Below are positions 41,067 to 49,625 of a DNA stretch of 64,000 bases, in pieces (position 1 is the stretch's first letter; every line of letters begins with the position of its first letter). The stretch is from Promethearchaeia archaeon (lineage in GTDB: Archaea > Asgardarchaeota > Lokiarchaeia > Sigyniarchaeales > SOKP01), in the NCBI GenBank assembly GCA_046497275.1, contig JAWOFX010000078.1, positions 3,024 through 67,023 on the forward strand. Direction: 5' to 3'. The notes under the pieces were generated by a model. It saw nothing but the letters and a program-made list of their open reading frames with translations, was not told where the DNA came from and searched no databases. A program made the translations under genes and the position numbers.

Positions 41067-42206
41067 ATGGCTGAAAATGAACATTTAGGAAAGCCTCTTG
41101 TAATAGACAATGGGACAGGCATCTCTAAGAACGGTTATGGGGGTGAGGACCAACCGCGTTCAGTGTTTCCTACCGTTTTGGGAAAACCAAAATATGGAAA
41201 TATAATGATGGAATTGAAAGATTTTGCACGAGAATGGTATGTTGGTCAAGATGCGATGGAAATGAAGGGTGTGATGAAATTAAACTTTCCTATATCCCAC
41301 GGAAAGGTTATGGATTGGCCTGCTATGGAGCGTATTTGGCATTATACGTTTTATTCAGATTTGCGAGTGGATCCTTCTGAACATCCAGTTTTACTAACAG
41401 AAGCTCCTTTAAATCCAAGAGATAATAGGGAAAGAATGGCAGAAACGATGTTTGAAACATTCAATGTCCCAGCATTTTATATCGCAACTCAGGCAGTTCT
41501 TTCTTTATATTCATCAGGGCGCACCACTGGAACAGTAATAGATATAGGTGATGGAGTTTCTCATATCGTTCCAATTTACGAAGGATTTGCGCTAAACCAC
41601 GCGATTGAAAGAATCGATCTTGCGGGAAGAGACATAACCAGATATCTAAAAAGATTGTTAAGACAAAAAGGAGTTTCGCTCACCACTTCCGCTGAAGTTG
41701 AAATAGTAAGAGAGATTAAAGAAAAACTTTGTTATACTGCTATAGATCCAGAAAAAGAGATCATGCTCTCGAAAAAAATCGCAGGAATGGAAAAAGGATA
41801 TATGCTGCCTGATGGTGAGACTATTACTGTGGGAATAGAGAGGTTTTTAGCACCAGAAGCTCTCTTTAATCCCACGGTTATTGGTAAGGAATTGGAACCA
41901 TTAGATGATTTAATTGTGAATTGTATTAATGAATGTGATTTAGATCTAAGGAGAGATTTATTTAGTAATATTGTATTGTCCGGAGGGTCAACTATGTTTC
42001 CAGGATTGAAAGAGCGACTTACCAAGGAAATTAAGGAGCAAATCCCTGAATCGGTAGATGTAAGAATTATAGCCCCACCCGAAAGAATGTATTCCGTATG
42101 GATTGGTGGGTCAATTTTAAGCTCTTTGAAGACTTTCAATCGAATGTGGATAACTCGGCGCGAATATAAAGAAATGGGGCCACAAGTTATTCATCGATGT
42201 TTTTAA
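41067..42206 (+). CDS. eukaryote-type actin (Asgard 'Lokiactin')
   Basis: 379 aa, alignable end to end with eukaryotic actin. Matching blocks: LVIDNGTG, HPVLLTEAPLNPRDNRE, AVLSLYSSGRTTG.V.D.GDGV.H.VPIYEG, DLAGRD, EIVREIKEKLCY, LSGGSTMFPG, IIAPPER.YSVWIGGSIL, HR.CF terminus. GTGAGG RBS upstream. Confidence 0.95.
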   Translation: MAENEHLGKPLVIDNGTGISKNGYGGEDQPRSVFPTVLGKPKYGNIMMELKDFAREWYVGQDAMEMKGVMKLNFPISHGKVMDWPAMERIWHYTFYSDLRVDPSEHPVLLTEAPLNPRDNRERMAETMFETFNVPAFYIATQAVLSLYSSGRTTGTVIDIGDGVSHIVPIYEGFALNHAIERIDLAGRDITRYLKRLLRQKGVSLTTSAEVEIVREIKEKLCYTAIDPEKEIMLSKKIAGMEKGYMLPDGETITVGIERFLAPEALFNPTVIGKELEPLDDLIVNCINECDLDLRRDLFSNIVLSGGSTMFPGLKERLTKEIKEQIPESVDVRIIAPPERMYSVWIGGSILSSLKTFNRMWITRREYKEMGPQVIHRCF

Positions 42207-42223
42207 CCCTCTAATCTATGCAA

Positions 42224-42233
42224 TTTTTTTTTT
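42224..42233 (+). terminator. oligo-T tract after actin
   Basis: T10 run starting 18 nt after the actin stop. Confidence 0.4.
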
Positions 42234-42266
42234 ATTAATTAAAAAATAAATGAAGAGGTGTATTGA

Positions 42267-42467
42267 ATGGTAAAAATAAAAATTATTGATGGTATTCCAT
42301 GTATTATATTAGAAGAAGATTTAGAAAATAAAAATAATAAATTTATTGAATGGAAAGAAAGAAATAATATGGCTTTTTTTTTCGGTATAAATGAAACGGA
42401 TTCATTAAGAGAAGCATTAAAAAAAATTAAAGATAATTTAGATAAAAACACCACTAAAAGAAGATAA
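42267..42467 (+). CDS. small hypothetical protein (66 aa) translationally coupled to the downstream gene
   Basis: GAGGTG lies 7 nt upstream of the ATG. Its TAA stop shares one nucleotide with the next ATG (TAATG). Confidence 0.45.
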   Translation: MVKIKIIDGIPCIILEEDLENKNNKFIEWKERNNMAFFFGINETDSLREALKKIKDNLDKNTTKRR

Positions 42468-43699
42468 TGCCGGTCTCTGAATACAAGAAAGAGCTTGATT
42501 TTATCATTGAATTAGATTCAAATATTTTATCTGCAGCAATAATTGAAAATGATGGGAATATTTTAGCGCTATCGAATAATTGGAATATTTCTGATAAAAT
42601 TGAAGAAATAATTCATTCATGGGATTCAGAAGATAAAAGATCTTTCACATTATTAGGAGATAAATATATCATCATCTATAAAAGTCTTGAATCGTTTATC
42701 GCAATCAATAAAACTTCAAGTAATAAATCTATAATTGGTTTTAAATATGATGAGAGAATAATTTTTTGTCAAATTAAGGGAAAGGGTAATACTAATCTGA
42801 TTTTTACTGGAATATTGAAAGAACTAAATAAATTCAGTTCTAAAAAACCTTATATAAAAGAAGACTCCAAATTTGGAAAGAAAGGAAAAATTAAATGGAC
42901 AACTCCTAAAATTCTCCTTGATAACACCCAGAATTTAAAGAAATTGGGCCTACTAAAAGTAGGATTAAGCTTTGATGAAGCTAAGGTATATCTTGCGTTA
43001 TTAAGTAAAGGAGAACAAGGAGAAAAAGTTGGTAATCTCAATAAGGAGTTAGATATAAAAAGAACAACCATTTATCGAATAATTGATCGTTTGATTGAAA
43101 ATAATTGGGTTGAAAAGATATCAGAAAGTCCACAAGGAGTCAGTATTTTTGCTGCACGGTCCTTGGATGCACAATTTGATGAAATTATTAATCAAAAAGA
43201 AGAGGAACTCAGAATTTTAAAAAGTATGAAATATATTTTAGGCGAAACAATTGAAAATGGATGGACAGGTCTTTCCAAGCTTAGAAAGGAATCTCAAAAA
43301 TTAGGAGATAAAGCAATAACCTATGAATCAATGGATATTATTGGAATGGAAAAAGATTGTGGTCTGATTATATTTGATTATGAAGAGTCTGTTTCTGAGA
43401 CTGTGGTCCTAAAAGGAGCATTACAATTAGTCAACGAGAAAATGATGTACGAGATTAAAAGTCAAAAGAATAAAGATTTGGAGGATATTAAAATTATTGA
43501 TACCAAATTCCAAGAGTATTATGGAGCAACTATCCATATCAAATTTAAAAAAGATAGTGAAATTGCGAAAAATGTGGGAGAGGATTGGATTGTTGCATTA
43601 AAACAAGTTGCTATACCTATTGGAGATAAAATATATGTGATATGGGGTTCAGAAGAGAAATTTCCCGTGTTAATGTCTATTATTTTACGCTTAAGTTAA
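42467..43699 (+). CDS. profilin-like (or roadblock-like) N-terminal domain fused to a TrmB-family wHTH regulator
   Basis: aa ~160-235 read GLSFDEAKVYLALLSKGE..VGNLNKELDIKRTTIYRIIDRLIENNWVEKI, a clear TrmB-type HTH. aa ~1-125 (SAAIIENDGNILALSNNWNIS..LLGDKYIIIY..SIIGFKYDERIIFCQIKG..ILKELNKF) follow the profilin secondary-structure and motif order. The C-terminal ~150 aa are unassigned. Confidence 0.7.
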   Translation: MPVSEYKKELDFIIELDSNILSAAIIENDGNILALSNNWNISDKIEEIIHSWDSEDKRSFTLLGDKYIIIYKSLESFIAINKTSSNKSIIGFKYDERIIFCQIKGKGNTNLIFTGILKELNKFSSKKPYIKEDSKFGKKGKIKWTTPKILLDNTQNLKKLGLLKVGLSFDEAKVYLALLSKGEQGEKVGNLNKELDIKRTTIYRIIDRLIENNWVEKISESPQGVSIFAARSLDAQFDEIINQKEEELRILKSMKYILGETIENGWTGLSKLRKESQKLGDKAITYESMDIIGMEKDCGLIIFDYEESVSETVVLKGALQLVNEKMMYEIKSQKNKDLEDIKIIDTKFQEYYGATIHIKFKKDSEIAKNVGEDWIVALKQVAIPIGDKIYVIWGSEEKFPVLMSIILRLS

Positions 43700-43718
43700 A
43701 TTAGTATCTATAAAAAGA

Positions 43719-44315
43719 TTAAATCTCCTTCTTAATTTGTTCATAAAAAGTTTTTATTATTTCTACTCGTCTTTGCGCAATTTTTTTAGACTCGTCCAAA
43801 ATCATGTTATTTGGTAATTTTAATATTTTTTCCTTTAAATGTTGGATTACACTTCTTATATTTCCTTTATTATTCAAAGTAAATCCTATAGTTCTATAAA
43901 GACCCACCGCCCCTAAAGCATCTAATTTATCTGCATCAGACAAAATCTTGGCTTCTAATGTGTTTGGCTTAATATTATTCGAAAAGGAATGTGCTTTTAT
44001 TGAATGAATAATGTTATCTATTTCATTTTTCTTGAAGTTATAATTATTTTTTGTAAGGAATTCGAGTGCCATTTTTGCAGACAAATCAGCATGATTTGTA
44101 TTCAATGATTCTTTCTCTCTAATACGTCCAATATCATGCAATAGTGCTGCTATCTTAAGAATAAAAATATTAGCCCCAGAATTTTTGCCAATTTCAAGAC
44201 AGAGATCAAAAACTCTTTCAACGTGTTTAAATCCATGAATATCATTATCTATTGAATTTTTTTCCGCATATTTTTTAATAGACATGAGTATCTGCTTTCT
44301 TTCTGTGGGTTTCAT
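43719..44315 (-). CDS. HD-domain metal-dependent phosphohydrolase
   Basis: HGFKHVERV...AALLHDIGR...DADKLD. Confidence 0.85.
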   Translation of the reverse strand: MKPTERKQILMSIKKYAEKNSIDNDIHGFKHVERVFDLCLEIGKNSGANIFILKIAALLHDIGRIREKESLNTNHADLSAKMALEFLTKNNYNFKKNEIDNIIHSIKAHSFSNNIKPNTLEAKILSDADKLDALGAVGLYRTIGFTLNNKGNIRSVIQHLKEKILKLPNNMILDESKKIAQRRVEIIKTFYEQIKKEI

Positions 44316-44490
44316 ATAATTTTCTTCCTTATTTTCTAAAAATATTATACCATGTGAATTAGAACTTCTTCTCTTATATAATTATAATTATTTTTCATTC
44401 AATATCTTAACTTAGCATAATTCTTATTTAATTATAATAACTTAAAATTCAAGTTTGAATAAATTAAATAAGGATCTATAGAATTGAAAA

Positions 44491-45435
44491 TTAGATTTTT
44501 TCCCTAAATCCTTCAAAAAATTCAATTAACTCCTCAGAATCTTTTTTGTATAATATATTAAGCGTATATCCTTGATTTGATGAATACGTTTCTGCGAGTA
44601 ATAAGGATATTTTTAGATAATTCTCCTCCTCTGAGAAGATTGGAATAATTGCATCCCATTTAGAGAAAAAGGGGAAATTTTTTGCAATTTCCAATGATCT
44701 ATTGAGAAGCGACATTAACTTCGAATTTTTTTCAATTTGAGAGTCAATTACAAGTTGTTTTTTACTTACAAATTGATGTTTTTTAAATAGTTGATAATGA
44801 ATAGAGGAATTTTCAAAATTATAAGAATAAATATAATACACAAAAGGGAAGGTTCCGGGAATATATTTTACGTTATTTGGTAATTGAATTTTTAATACAA
44901 TTTTTGTTATGAATTTATAGAGGAAATAGATAATGTAAAATGATAAAAATATGGGGAATAGAATGAATAAAAGCAAATATGGAAATAAAAATCTCAATAT
45001 AAGACTGCTAATTAAAATAAAAATTGATATCATAGCCAAAAATGGTGTCACTGCTCTATCAATAAAAAAACGATACTTCTTTTTTGAAAATGGATATAAT
45101 AATGGGATTTTAGACGCTGTTAGAAAATCAAATAAGATATGAAGATTATAGAAAGTAAAACCAACGAGCCAAGATAAAAGAAAATCAAGTTGAAATATTA
45201 GAAATATCATTAAACTCGGGATTAATGAAATTAGTGCGGAACCTATAAATGAATGAGAAAACCCCTTATGGGAGAGGATTTCAGAATTCCTAAATTTTGG
45301 TATGAGCTCAAGAAAAACGTCCAAATCTGCTAATATCGCCATAAATGCCGCATAATAAAAATAGATTATATCTAATCCCTCTACTACATACCTAGCAATT
45401 AATATCGCAATAATTAGGTGTGAAAAGAAATCCAT
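44491..45435 (-). CDS. membrane-bound metal-dependent hydrolase-like protein (YdjM/DUF457-like) with C-terminal soluble extension
   Basis: N-terminal MDFFSHLIIAILIA, SHKGFSHS, and multiple TM helices. Confidence 0.55.
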   Translation of the reverse strand: MDFFSHLIIAILIARYVVEGLDIIYFYYAAFMAILADLDVFLELIPKFRNSEILSHKGFSHSFIGSALISLIPSLMIFLIFQLDFLLSWLVGFTFYNLHILFDFLTASKIPLLYPFSKKKYRFFIDRAVTPFLAMISIFILISSLILRFLFPYLLLFILFPIFLSFYIIYFLYKFITKIVLKIQLPNNVKYIPGTFPFVYYIYSYNFENSSIHYQLFKKHQFVSKKQLVIDSQIEKNSKLMSLLNRSLEIAKNFPFFSKWDAIIPIFSEEENYLKISLLLAETYSSNQGYTLNILYKKDSEELIEFFEGFREKI

Positions 45436-45571
45436 CAGTCGTTTTGAGAAATTTTTCTATGATTTAAAAGCTTTTTATAATTCTTTATAAGAAAAAATAT
45501 TGATTGAAATATAAAAAAATTAAAAAAATAGGAAAGGAATAATTTTATAATTGCTAGAATCGTTCTTAACT

Positions 45572-47194
45572 CTATATAACTCTAATATTTCTGTTAATCG
45601 TGTTAACATTCCCAAAGTTATCTGATATTTTAAATTTGACTTCATAAATACCAGGTTTTTCATAGGCATGTTTAGTTAGGATAATATTGCTAGTTTCTCC
45701 ATCACCAAAATCCCATTCAAAATCTAACGAAATACTTTCTGGAGCAGTAAAAACGGTAGGATGGAACAAAGCGGAATAACCAACGGGAACAGGATAAGGT
45801 AGTACATCAAAGAAACCAGAAGGAGGGTCTATTACTTCTTTTTTTGTCATAAATTGCTGCATGTTATCTAATTTTCCATCTGCTTCTATAATAGAATCTT
45901 TTGGGGTTTTTAATATATGCTCGATAATCTCTATATGTGCTTTAGTAGCTCTTTCGAGTCGTTCAGGAGGTACTCTTTCGGTTGTATCTTCTTTTGTATG
46001 ATAAAAGATTGATTTTCCAATGATCATTATTGAAGGAACGTCTGCAAAAACAAATGGTCCCATATCACTAACGGGCAAAGTTTTCGCGGATACATACGCA
46101 GAAGGGAACAATTGATATTTAAGAACTGAATCAATAACTATAGATGTCAACACAGAATTATCTGTAATAAATAAACCTCGTTTTTCATCCTTGCCTGTCT
46201 CGACAACTGCTCCATCAGCTTGATTATAGTAGCCATTAGATGCTAAACCATCTAACATAATGAAGGTAACAATTTTATCAAGCATATCTTGATGCATTTT
46301 TGTAAATTTATTTACACCAATTAAGCCCGTTTCGTGTCCCGTCCACCCAACAAATTTGATTGTCTTATCTCTTTTTTCTAGGGGAAGATCTGCAAAAAAT
46401 CTTGCCATCGCTATTAATCCTGCATTGGCTGCAGCATTATCCATAGCTCCTGTGAAGGTGGAATCGGTATGAGTCCCAATTAATATTATATCTTCTGATT
46501 TACCTGGGATGGTGCCAATAATCGTATTAGTCTTAGCTTTCTCTGTTTTTACCTTTTGAATAAGATTGACTTTTAGATTACTTCTATTATTTGAACATAA
46601 ATATTTTAAATATTCTCCATCAATATTGTTAACAGAAAGCGCCGGTAATCTTCGCTTCCAACCCAACATAGACATATAGAAAATATATGTGATTAAATCA
46701 AGCGGGGAACCATTAATAAATACAACCGCTAATGCTCCGTTTTCTTTTGCTAAAGCTAAAGAATTAAAAATTCTGTCTGTATAAGAGGGAAAAAAATTAA
46801 GTATCATTTTGCCTTCTATTAAAGCTATTTTATTTTGGACTGATATTTTTTCAAAATCTACGGAAGTTCCGTTTCCAACATACACAAAATCTGCAGTGAT
46901 TCCTTCAGAATCTGTAGATCCAGTTGTCCAGACGGGAAATGAGGTTATAATTTGATCATCGAGAATAGGGAGCTCGTCATTTTTTAAAATTTTGAGACCA
47001 TACTCTTCAGCCCACCATCTATTGAATTTATATTCTTCCAGTTCCACATCTGAGATTCCTGCTCTTTTTAACTCCTCAAAAATATATTCCTCTGTTTTGA
47101 CAGCCGATTCAGTTCCCGCTCTACGATATCCAAAATCACATATAGTTTTCATATGCTGATAAATTTCTTGCCCATTAATATCCTTTAAATCCAT
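45572..47194 (-). CDS. M28-family aminopeptidase with PA domain and C-terminal PKD domain
   Basis: Metal ligand blocks IGTHTDS, DNAAANAG and GWTGHETGLIG. The C-terminal FEWDFGDGETS...YEKPGIYEVKFKISDNFGN is a PKD repeat. Confidence 0.8.
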   Translation of the reverse strand: MDLKDINGQEIYQHMKTICDFGYRRAGTESAVKTEEYIFEELKRAGISDVELEEYKFNRWWAEEYGLKILKNDELPILDDQIITSFPVWTTGSTDSEGITADFVYVGNGTSVDFEKISVQNKIALIEGKMILNFFPSYTDRIFNSLALAKENGALAVVFINGSPLDLITYIFYMSMLGWKRRLPALSVNNIDGEYLKYLCSNNRSNLKVNLIQKVKTEKAKTNTIIGTIPGKSEDIILIGTHTDSTFTGAMDNAAANAGLIAMARFFADLPLEKRDKTIKFVGWTGHETGLIGVNKFTKMHQDMLDKIVTFIMLDGLASNGYYNQADGAVVETGKDEKRGLFITDNSVLTSIVIDSVLKYQLFPSAYVSAKTLPVSDMGPFVFADVPSIMIIGKSIFYHTKEDTTERVPPERLERATKAHIEIIEHILKTPKDSIIEADGKLDNMQQFMTKKEVIDPPSGFFDVLPYPVPVGYSALFHPTVFTAPESISLDFEWDFGDGETSNIILTKHAYEKPGIYEVKFKISDNFGNVNTINRNIRVI

Positions 47195-47323
47195 TTTGAA
47201 TTCGCCATTTTGATTAAATTAATATATAATTATACGGATTAAATATAAAAATATTAAGGAGGGGAAAAAAATGTGAATTATTAATAATAAAGAAAATTAA
47301 GAGATATAAAGAAAATTTCTCGA

Positions 47324-47998
47324 TTACTTATCTCTTGGAAAATAAGGACACCTTTCCATATGACAATCATTATTAAGTTCCCAAACATCACATCTCCCGA
47401 TTACTTTTGAACGAGTTAAATGATAATCCATATTATTTAAGATTTTTAAAGCTTGATCTATAGCCGTATATGCACTTAATCTGCAACATCTTGGCCCACC
47501 TAATTTTCCAATTCTTTTATTTGCTTCTTGCGCAGCTTCGAATGCAGCTGAACGAGCTTTGTCATGAAATGGATTTGCTCGTTTAACCAGACTCACAGCA
47601 ATCCCAAGACCAGATCCCCCACCACAAGTACCACAGAAACCACATCCCCCCGCCGGTATTTTAAGGCCTCTACTAAATGCTTCTTTAATATCTTTGTCTG
47701 TAAAATCATATCCATTATTTCTCAAAGCTGTTATAATGACTGCTGGAACTATTCCATGGTGCCATGGACCGTGGAATGGTAAGGTTTCTGAAGCAGTCCA
47801 CTCCTCTCGTAATTTATCGATTGTATTCTCAAAAATAAGAAATGCATCTTTATCTTTTTGCTGTAATATTATTGGGAGCACTTTTGGCATGAAATTTTGA
47901 TAATCCTCCATTGTTAGGTTATCAAAATCCAAAACAGTTTCCATAAATTCATCATAATAAGGTATTTCTTTTGCTTGTTCAAATTGTTTTGTATCCAT
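47324..47998 (-). CDS. conserved Cys-rich protein (GGCGFCGTCGGG motif)
   Basis: HGPWHHGIVPAV...PAGGCGFCGTCGGGSGLG...GGPRCCRLS...CHMERCP. Probable metal or metalloid binding. Confidence 0.6.
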   Translation of the reverse strand: MDTKQFEQAKEIPYYDEFMETVLDFDNLTMEDYQNFMPKVLPIILQQKDKDAFLIFENTIDKLREEWTASETLPFHGPWHHGIVPAVIITALRNNGYDFTDKDIKEAFSRGLKIPAGGCGFCGTCGGGSGLGIAVSLVKRANPFHDKARSAAFEAAQEANKRIGKLGGPRCCRLSAYTAIDQALKILNNMDYHLTRSKVIGRCDVWELNNDCHMERCPYFPRDK

Positions 47999-48109
47999 AT
48001 GAATTCACTTATAATATTTTTATATAATTTTAAAAATAATCAAACTAATTTAAATTTTCTTGAAATGGACCGAAAAATATTAAAATAAAATTTAATTACT
48101 TTTCTTATA

Positions 48110-48472
48110 ATGGATGACGATCGCTTCAAAAATTATATTAATGAATTGGAACCTGAAACTACTTGTGAAGCCTTTTTAAAACAGAATAGAGAGATTTTGA
48201 AAAAATTTAAATCAAATAATAAATTTAAAAGAGAATTTAAAGTATATAACGCATTGGGCCATAAATTGCGATATATGATTTTTAAAATTCTTCAGAATAA
48301 GCCTATGTGTGTTTGTGCATTAGCACAAGTTTTTGAAAAATCCGATAGTAGCATTGCTTATCATTTGAATATATTACAAGATGCTGCACTCATAATTGGT
48401 AGAAAAAAAGGATATTTCACAATTTACTATTCTAAAGAAAAATTATTAACTGAAATAAATGAAATTCTTTAG
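48110..48472 (+). CDS. arsR: ArsR/SmtB-family metalloregulator
   Basis: LGHKLRYMIFKIL..KPMCVCALAQVF..SSIAYHLNIL, with the CVC site at the position of the As(III)-binding ELCVCDL motif. Confidence 0.8.
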   Translation: MDDDRFKNYINELEPETTCEAFLKQNREILKKFKSNNKFKREFKVYNALGHKLRYMIFKILQNKPMCVCALAQVFEKSDSSIAYHLNILQDAALIIGRKKGYFTIYYSKEKLLTEINEIL

Positions 48473-48486
48473 AAATTTAAATTATG

Positions 48487-48903
48487 TTAAAACAAGATTT
48501 TCCTTTCTTTTAACCATGATTTGATTTTCTCTTCAATTTCATCTCGAGTTTTTCGAAATTTCTCCAATTTTTCTGCTTTTGACCCTTCAAATGCCGCAGG
48601 ATCCTCAATATCCCAAAATAATCTTGTGCTTACTCCAGGAAGGGTAGGACATAATTTTTCTGCTTTTTGACATAATGTTATTACTATTCCAAAATGTTTT
48701 TCTCCTAAATATTGACTTAAATCTTTGGAATAATGGTTTTTCATATCATAACCTTTTTCTTCCATAACTTCTTTAGCGAGAGAATGGATTTCTCTGGGTT
48801 CAAATCCGGCACTAAACACATTGAAATGATCGGCAGCATATTTATTTAGTATGGCTTCTGCCATCTGGCTTCTGCAAGAATTTCCGGTACATAATACAAC
48901 CAC
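48487..48903 (-). CDS. arsC: arsenate reductase, LMW-PTPase (thioredoxin-coupled) type
   Basis: P-loop CTGNSCRS. A Cys pair (TLCQKAEKLCP) has the 7-residue spacing of the Cys82/Cys89 relay. DPA motif (DIEDPA). Confidence 0.85.
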   Translation of the reverse strand: MVVLCTGNSCRSQMAEAILNKYAADHFNVFSAGFEPREIHSLAKEVMEEKGYDMKNHYSKDLSQYLGEKHFGIVITLCQKAEKLCPTLPGVSTRLFWDIEDPAAFEGSKAEKLEKFRKTRDEIEEKIKSWLKERKILF

Positions 48904-48935
48904 ATTTTTTGATTTGATTTAGATTTACCTCTAAA

Positions 48936-49235
48936 TTATGTATTTGAATTTGAACTTTGATTAATTAAACCTTTTTCTTCTAAAATTTTAGATAATTGCT
49001 TTTTTAATACATATACAGAAGAGATCTTTTTCTCTTCATCAATAATAACACATTTTTGAAATAAATTCATCTCCGCAGCTTTTTCGGAATGTAATGACAT
49101 TGTATCATGTTCGATAAATTTAATATATGGAGTAAGCACCTCAAAAACACGGTTCATGAAATTTTCCCATTCACACGTACAAACCTGTAATGGAACATAA
49201 ATATCCACTTTAAGTTTTTCTTTTAGTTTTGACAT
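48936..49235 (-). CDS. small hypothetical protein with CTC motif (possible thioredoxin-fold)
   Basis: I prefer the internal ATG (MSKLKEKLKVDIYVPLQVCTCEWENF...) over the track start at 49274, which would overlap the upstream ferredoxin gene. Confidence 0.4.
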   Translation of the reverse strand: MSKLKEKLKVDIYVPLQVCTCEWENFMNRVFEVLTPYIKFIEHDTMSLHSEKAAEMNLFQKCVIIDEEKKISSVYVLKKQLSKILEEKGLINQSSNSNT

Positions 49236-49261
49236 AAAATCCCTCTTTTGATTAAATTCTA

Positions 49262-49594
49262 TTAACAACAACAAGATGTATCATTAGATTTTCCTTTCGA
49301 ACGTTTTCTAGCATCCCATAGGCATCCACATCCTTGCTGTTCTTGCATTATTATTGCTTGAGTGGGACAATTTCTTTGACATGCACTACATTCTGTGCAT
49401 TTTTCTGGGCTCCTAATTGTATATGTACCATCATTTTCTTTTTGTGGAAGACCAAATGGGCAAATTTCTTCGCATAAACCACATGCAATACATTTTGATG
49501 GATCAATAATAATCCTTAAATTTAAAGCCTTCAGAAAACCTTCAATATTACTGCTAGAGTCACAACATTTATTATTTTCTTTTAGTTCTGTCAT
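49262..49594 (-). CDS. hgcB: HgcB-like 2x[4Fe-4S] ferredoxin with Cys-rich C-terminal tail
   Basis: CIACGLCEEICP and CTECSACQRNCP clusters. The second parallels the HgcB C(M/I)ECGAC motif. It is followed by GCGC and a terminal CCC, where HgcB ends in CC. Confidence 0.65.
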   Translation of the reverse strand: MTELKENNKCCDSSSNIEGFLKALNLRIIIDPSKCIACGLCEEICPFGLPQKENDGTYTIRSPEKCTECSACQRNCPTQAIIMQEQQGCGCLWDARKRSKGKSNDTSCCC

Positions 49595-49625
49595 TTTTAA
49601 TAGTTTAAATAATTTTGTTTTCTTT

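Noticed and set aside
40919-41122. Minus-strand 67-aa ORF overlapping the actin start
   Set aside because: It overlaps the actin RBS and start, and its sequence is AT-driven (F/L/I/Y-rich). The spacer is better explained as promoter and regulatory DNA.
41732-42139. 135-aa ORF antisense to actin
   Set aside because: It lies entirely within the strongly supported actin CDS and has no motif.
41067-42206. Alternative call of the actin-like gene as MreB, ParM or crenactin
   Set aside because: The sequence shares long identical blocks with eukaryotic actin (HPVLLTEAPLNP, AVLSLY.SGRTTG, DLAGRD, VWIGGSIL). Those prokaryotic families do not share these blocks.
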